Assembly (NCBI RefSeq): GCF_006345805.1
Contig: NW_021826818.1
Span: forward strand, 1 to 11,947
Source of the DNA: Octopus sinensis
Taxonomy: Eukaryota
Direction of reading: 5' to 3'
DNA length: 11,947 bases
The translations under genes were made by a program, and so were the position numbers. Shown one piece after another: positions 10,174-11,947 of the stretch; within the stretch, counting starts at the first letter, position 1; each line of letters starts with the position of its first letter. Below the pieces are notes generated by a model. It was not told the origin of the DNA. It saw only the letters and a list, made by a program, of their open reading frames with translations, and did no database searches.

Positions 10174-10269
10174 CATATTTGCAACGTCTAAACTTTTAAA
10201 TATGTAAAGAATGCCAGAAGCAAACGTCTAATTTCTCAGTGATAACCTGGAAATAAACAGTATGCCCGT

Positions 10270-10372
10270 GCACACAAACACCCTTTACATACAAATATTC
10301 GCACACACACGCCCACACACACACACCCACACACACACACACCACACAAATGCACACACTCACAAGCACACA
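10270..10372. repeat. Imperfect (CA)n microsatellite
   Basis: Direct reading. Confidence 0.85.
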
Positions 10373-10673
10373 AACTGAATCAAACGTAAACAGACACCAG
10401 TGGTTACATAATGTAACGTATAGGATTTCGGTGATTCATCATATTTCTGTTTAGACTTTTTCGTGTTATATTTTGCTTGTTATATTTATTCCTATTCTGT
10501 ATTTTTTTCGTGTTTTATCGTTTTTTCTTAATTCCCAAGGTAATATGACAGTGATGAATGAAGTTACGCCGACATAGCTCGGCGCATATATTTGTACAAT
10601 AAGGTCTTTTACTCTTGAAGCATAAGGCAAAAATTTGTACTTCCGTACAAAACCACTATTTGATATACATGCG

Positions 10674-10674
<1 letters not shown>

Positions 10675-10738
<64 letters not shown>

Positions 10739-10818
10739 GCGGGATGGGGTTTAGGATGCTTGTGCATATATTATATATATATATATATATTATATATATA
10801 TATATCAGATTATATATA
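10675..10818. repeat. (TA)n microsatellites
   Basis: Direct reading; two tracts separated by about 30 bp. Confidence 0.9.
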
Positions 10819-10869
10819 CAGGAGTTGGACAAAATAATGTAAACACCTTAAAATTTCAAACAAATTTAT

Positions 10870-11010
10870 AATAATACGTGGTAGGACCGCTTTGCTGGTA
10901 ACTACACCTGGAATTCTACGAGGTATGGAATCGTACAAATTTGCATTGATTCCAAAGGAAATTTTGTCCATTCTTCATCTAAAACAGTCTCCAGTTCTTG
11001 CAGTGATGAT
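10870..11010 (-). pseudogene. Frameshifted Tc1-family transposase C-terminus
   Basis: SSLQELETVLDEEWTKFPLESMQ, frameshift, LYDSIPRRIPGVVTSK, frameshift, GPTTY. This matches the canonical Tc1 C-terminal pattern L...EEW..I....L..S.P.R..AV...GG.T.Y. Confidence 0.88.
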
Positions 11011-11029
11011 GATGATGATGATGATGATG

Positions 11030-11077
<48 letters not shown>

Positions 11078-11151
11078 TAATAATAATAATAATAATAACA
11101 ATAATAATAATAATGATAATAATATTAATAATGATAATAATAATAATAATG

Positions 11152-11202
<51 letters not shown>
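11005..11202. repeat. (GAT)n followed by a long imperfect (AAT)n microsatellite
   Basis: Direct reading; accounts for the poly-I/poly-L ORFs. Confidence 0.95.
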
Positions 11203-11204
<2 letters not shown>

Positions 11205-11357
11205 CACAACATCGAAAAATACCTTAGTAACGAGAAATCACGTTCGAAATTTCCCTAGACACCTGATGAAAGCTGGAGGGCATAGCAGCCGAAACGTTGT
11301 GTTAACAACAAACAAGATGAGGACAAATATCCGTCAAATGCAAATAAAGTAAATAAT
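11203..11357 (+). mobile_element. Penelope-like element terminal (pseudo-LTR-type) fragment nested in the Tc1 copy
   Basis: It contains a minimal hammerhead motif typical of Penelope-like pLTRs, ends in AT-rich aaataaagtaaataat and adjoins (AAT)n. It is unrelated to transposase sequence, and no RT or GIY-YIG coding sequence is present. Confidence 0.6.
11258..11303 (+). ncRNA. Minimal type I hammerhead ribozyme motif
   Basis: Stem I gacac (11258-62) pairs with gtgtt (11299-303); core CTGATGA (11263-69); stem II gctg (11272-75) pairs with cagc (11286-89); GAAA (11291-94); vestigial palindromic stem III AACGTT. Predicted cleavage is after GTT (11298). Confidence 0.72.
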
Positions 11358-11440
11358 ATTTAAAATTTTATAGATATTTCAAAATTATGATGCTATGATG
11401 GTAGGTGTTTCCATTATTTTGTCCAGCTCCTGTATATATA

Positions 11441-11518
11441 CGTGGTAAGAAGCTTGCTTCCCAACCACATAGTTCTGGGTTCAGTCCCATTACCTGTCAC
11501 ATTGGGCAGGTATCTTCC
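11441..11518 (+). mobile_element. Head fragment of SINE family B
   Basis: gtggtaagaagcttgcttcccaaccacatagttctGGGTTCAGTCCC...ttgggcaggtatctt carries a B-box-like motif and is homologous to the reverse complement of 6000-6072. Confidence 0.8.
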
Positions 11519-11664
11519 GCCCATTAGAGTTAATTCCTAGAATTTTAACGGTTTTTCGTAGGGTCTGTTACCATTAATAGCCGACGAGAATGTAATGTCG
11601 CTTTGACATTCGGAACTCTGAGTATTATAATGGCAACCTTTTACTGTCTGTTCTAATTTATAAC

Positions 11665-11700
11665 ATGCATACATACATACACACATACGTATATATATGT

Positions 11701-11733
<33 letters not shown>
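11665..11733. repeat. (CATA)n/(TA)n microsatellite
   Basis: Direct reading. Confidence 0.85.
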
Positions 11734-11947
11734 AAAATCTGTCTTGTCTGTCTGTTTCCAAGGATCTCGGGCATCCTCCATCCGATTGCGCTCAAATTTG
11801 ATATGTAGATACCGACGGTATTAGGGTGTGTATAAGTCTTGAAAAAATTACAAAATTCGATTCCAGGTGAGAATGCGATCGACAAACATTCTTTGGAATA
11901 GAAAAAAAATCTCTCTTTATTTCTTCTTTTGCTGGTGTTTCAAATAT
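11725..11947 (+). mobile_element. 5' portion of a second putative non-autonomous Helitron-like element, possibly running off the window
   Basis: TATATAAAA is followed by a GTCT tract and then ATCTCGG...CCGATTGCGCTCAAATTTG, the same 5' layout as the 1488-1849 element and as insect Lep1/DINE-like elements. No 5' TC or 3' hairpin-CTAG is visible. Confidence 0.5.

Larger units (their letters stand above)
10819..11432 (-). mobile_element. Internally deleted Tc1-like DNA transposon
   Basis: 30-bp TIRs: CAGGAGTTGGACAAAATAATGTAAACACCT (10819-10848) versus the reverse complement of 11403-11432, CAGGAGCTGGACAAAATAATGGAAACACCT (28/30). TA flanks both ends (10817-18, 11433-34), and a transposase C-terminal remnant lies inside. 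Confidence 0.92.

Noticed and set aside
10420-10445. Minus-strand ATGATGA...CCGAAA as a hammerhead
   Set aside because: The core C3 is missing and no stem II can form.
288-11885. The provided ORFs as host protein-coding genes
   Set aside because: They are Y/I/H/T/L-rich translations of microsatellites or short frames across SINEs. Only the tail of 10902-11207 has real protein similarity (Tc1 transposase).
1-11947. CRISPR array or other prokaryotic system
   Set aside because: There is no repeat-spacer periodicity or operon-like ORF structure; all tandem repeats are 2-4-nt microsatellites.

Overview
AT-rich, microsatellite-dense eukaryotic non-coding DNA with no credible host protein-coding gene; nearly all listed ORFs are translations of simple repeats. 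The interspersed repeats resemble, from my recollection only, those of Octopus (cephalopod) genomes. The window holds several kinds of transposon remnant: a complete 362-bp non-autonomous Helitron (minus, 1488-1849) with an extended terminal palindrome; a 5'-truncated L1/Tx1-like LINE 3' end within GATA repeats; a tRNA-derived SINE with an 11-bp TSD whose 42-nt tail matches that LINE's 3' end; older SINE copies of two families; an internally deleted Tc1-like transposon (30-bp TIRs, TA TSD) containing a Penelope-like fragment with a minimal hammerhead ribozyme motif; a second, degenerate hammerhead candidate; and the start of a second Helitron-like element at the right edge. The SINE-LINE shared tail (with apparent tail exchange) and the hammerhead motifs are the most notable signals.
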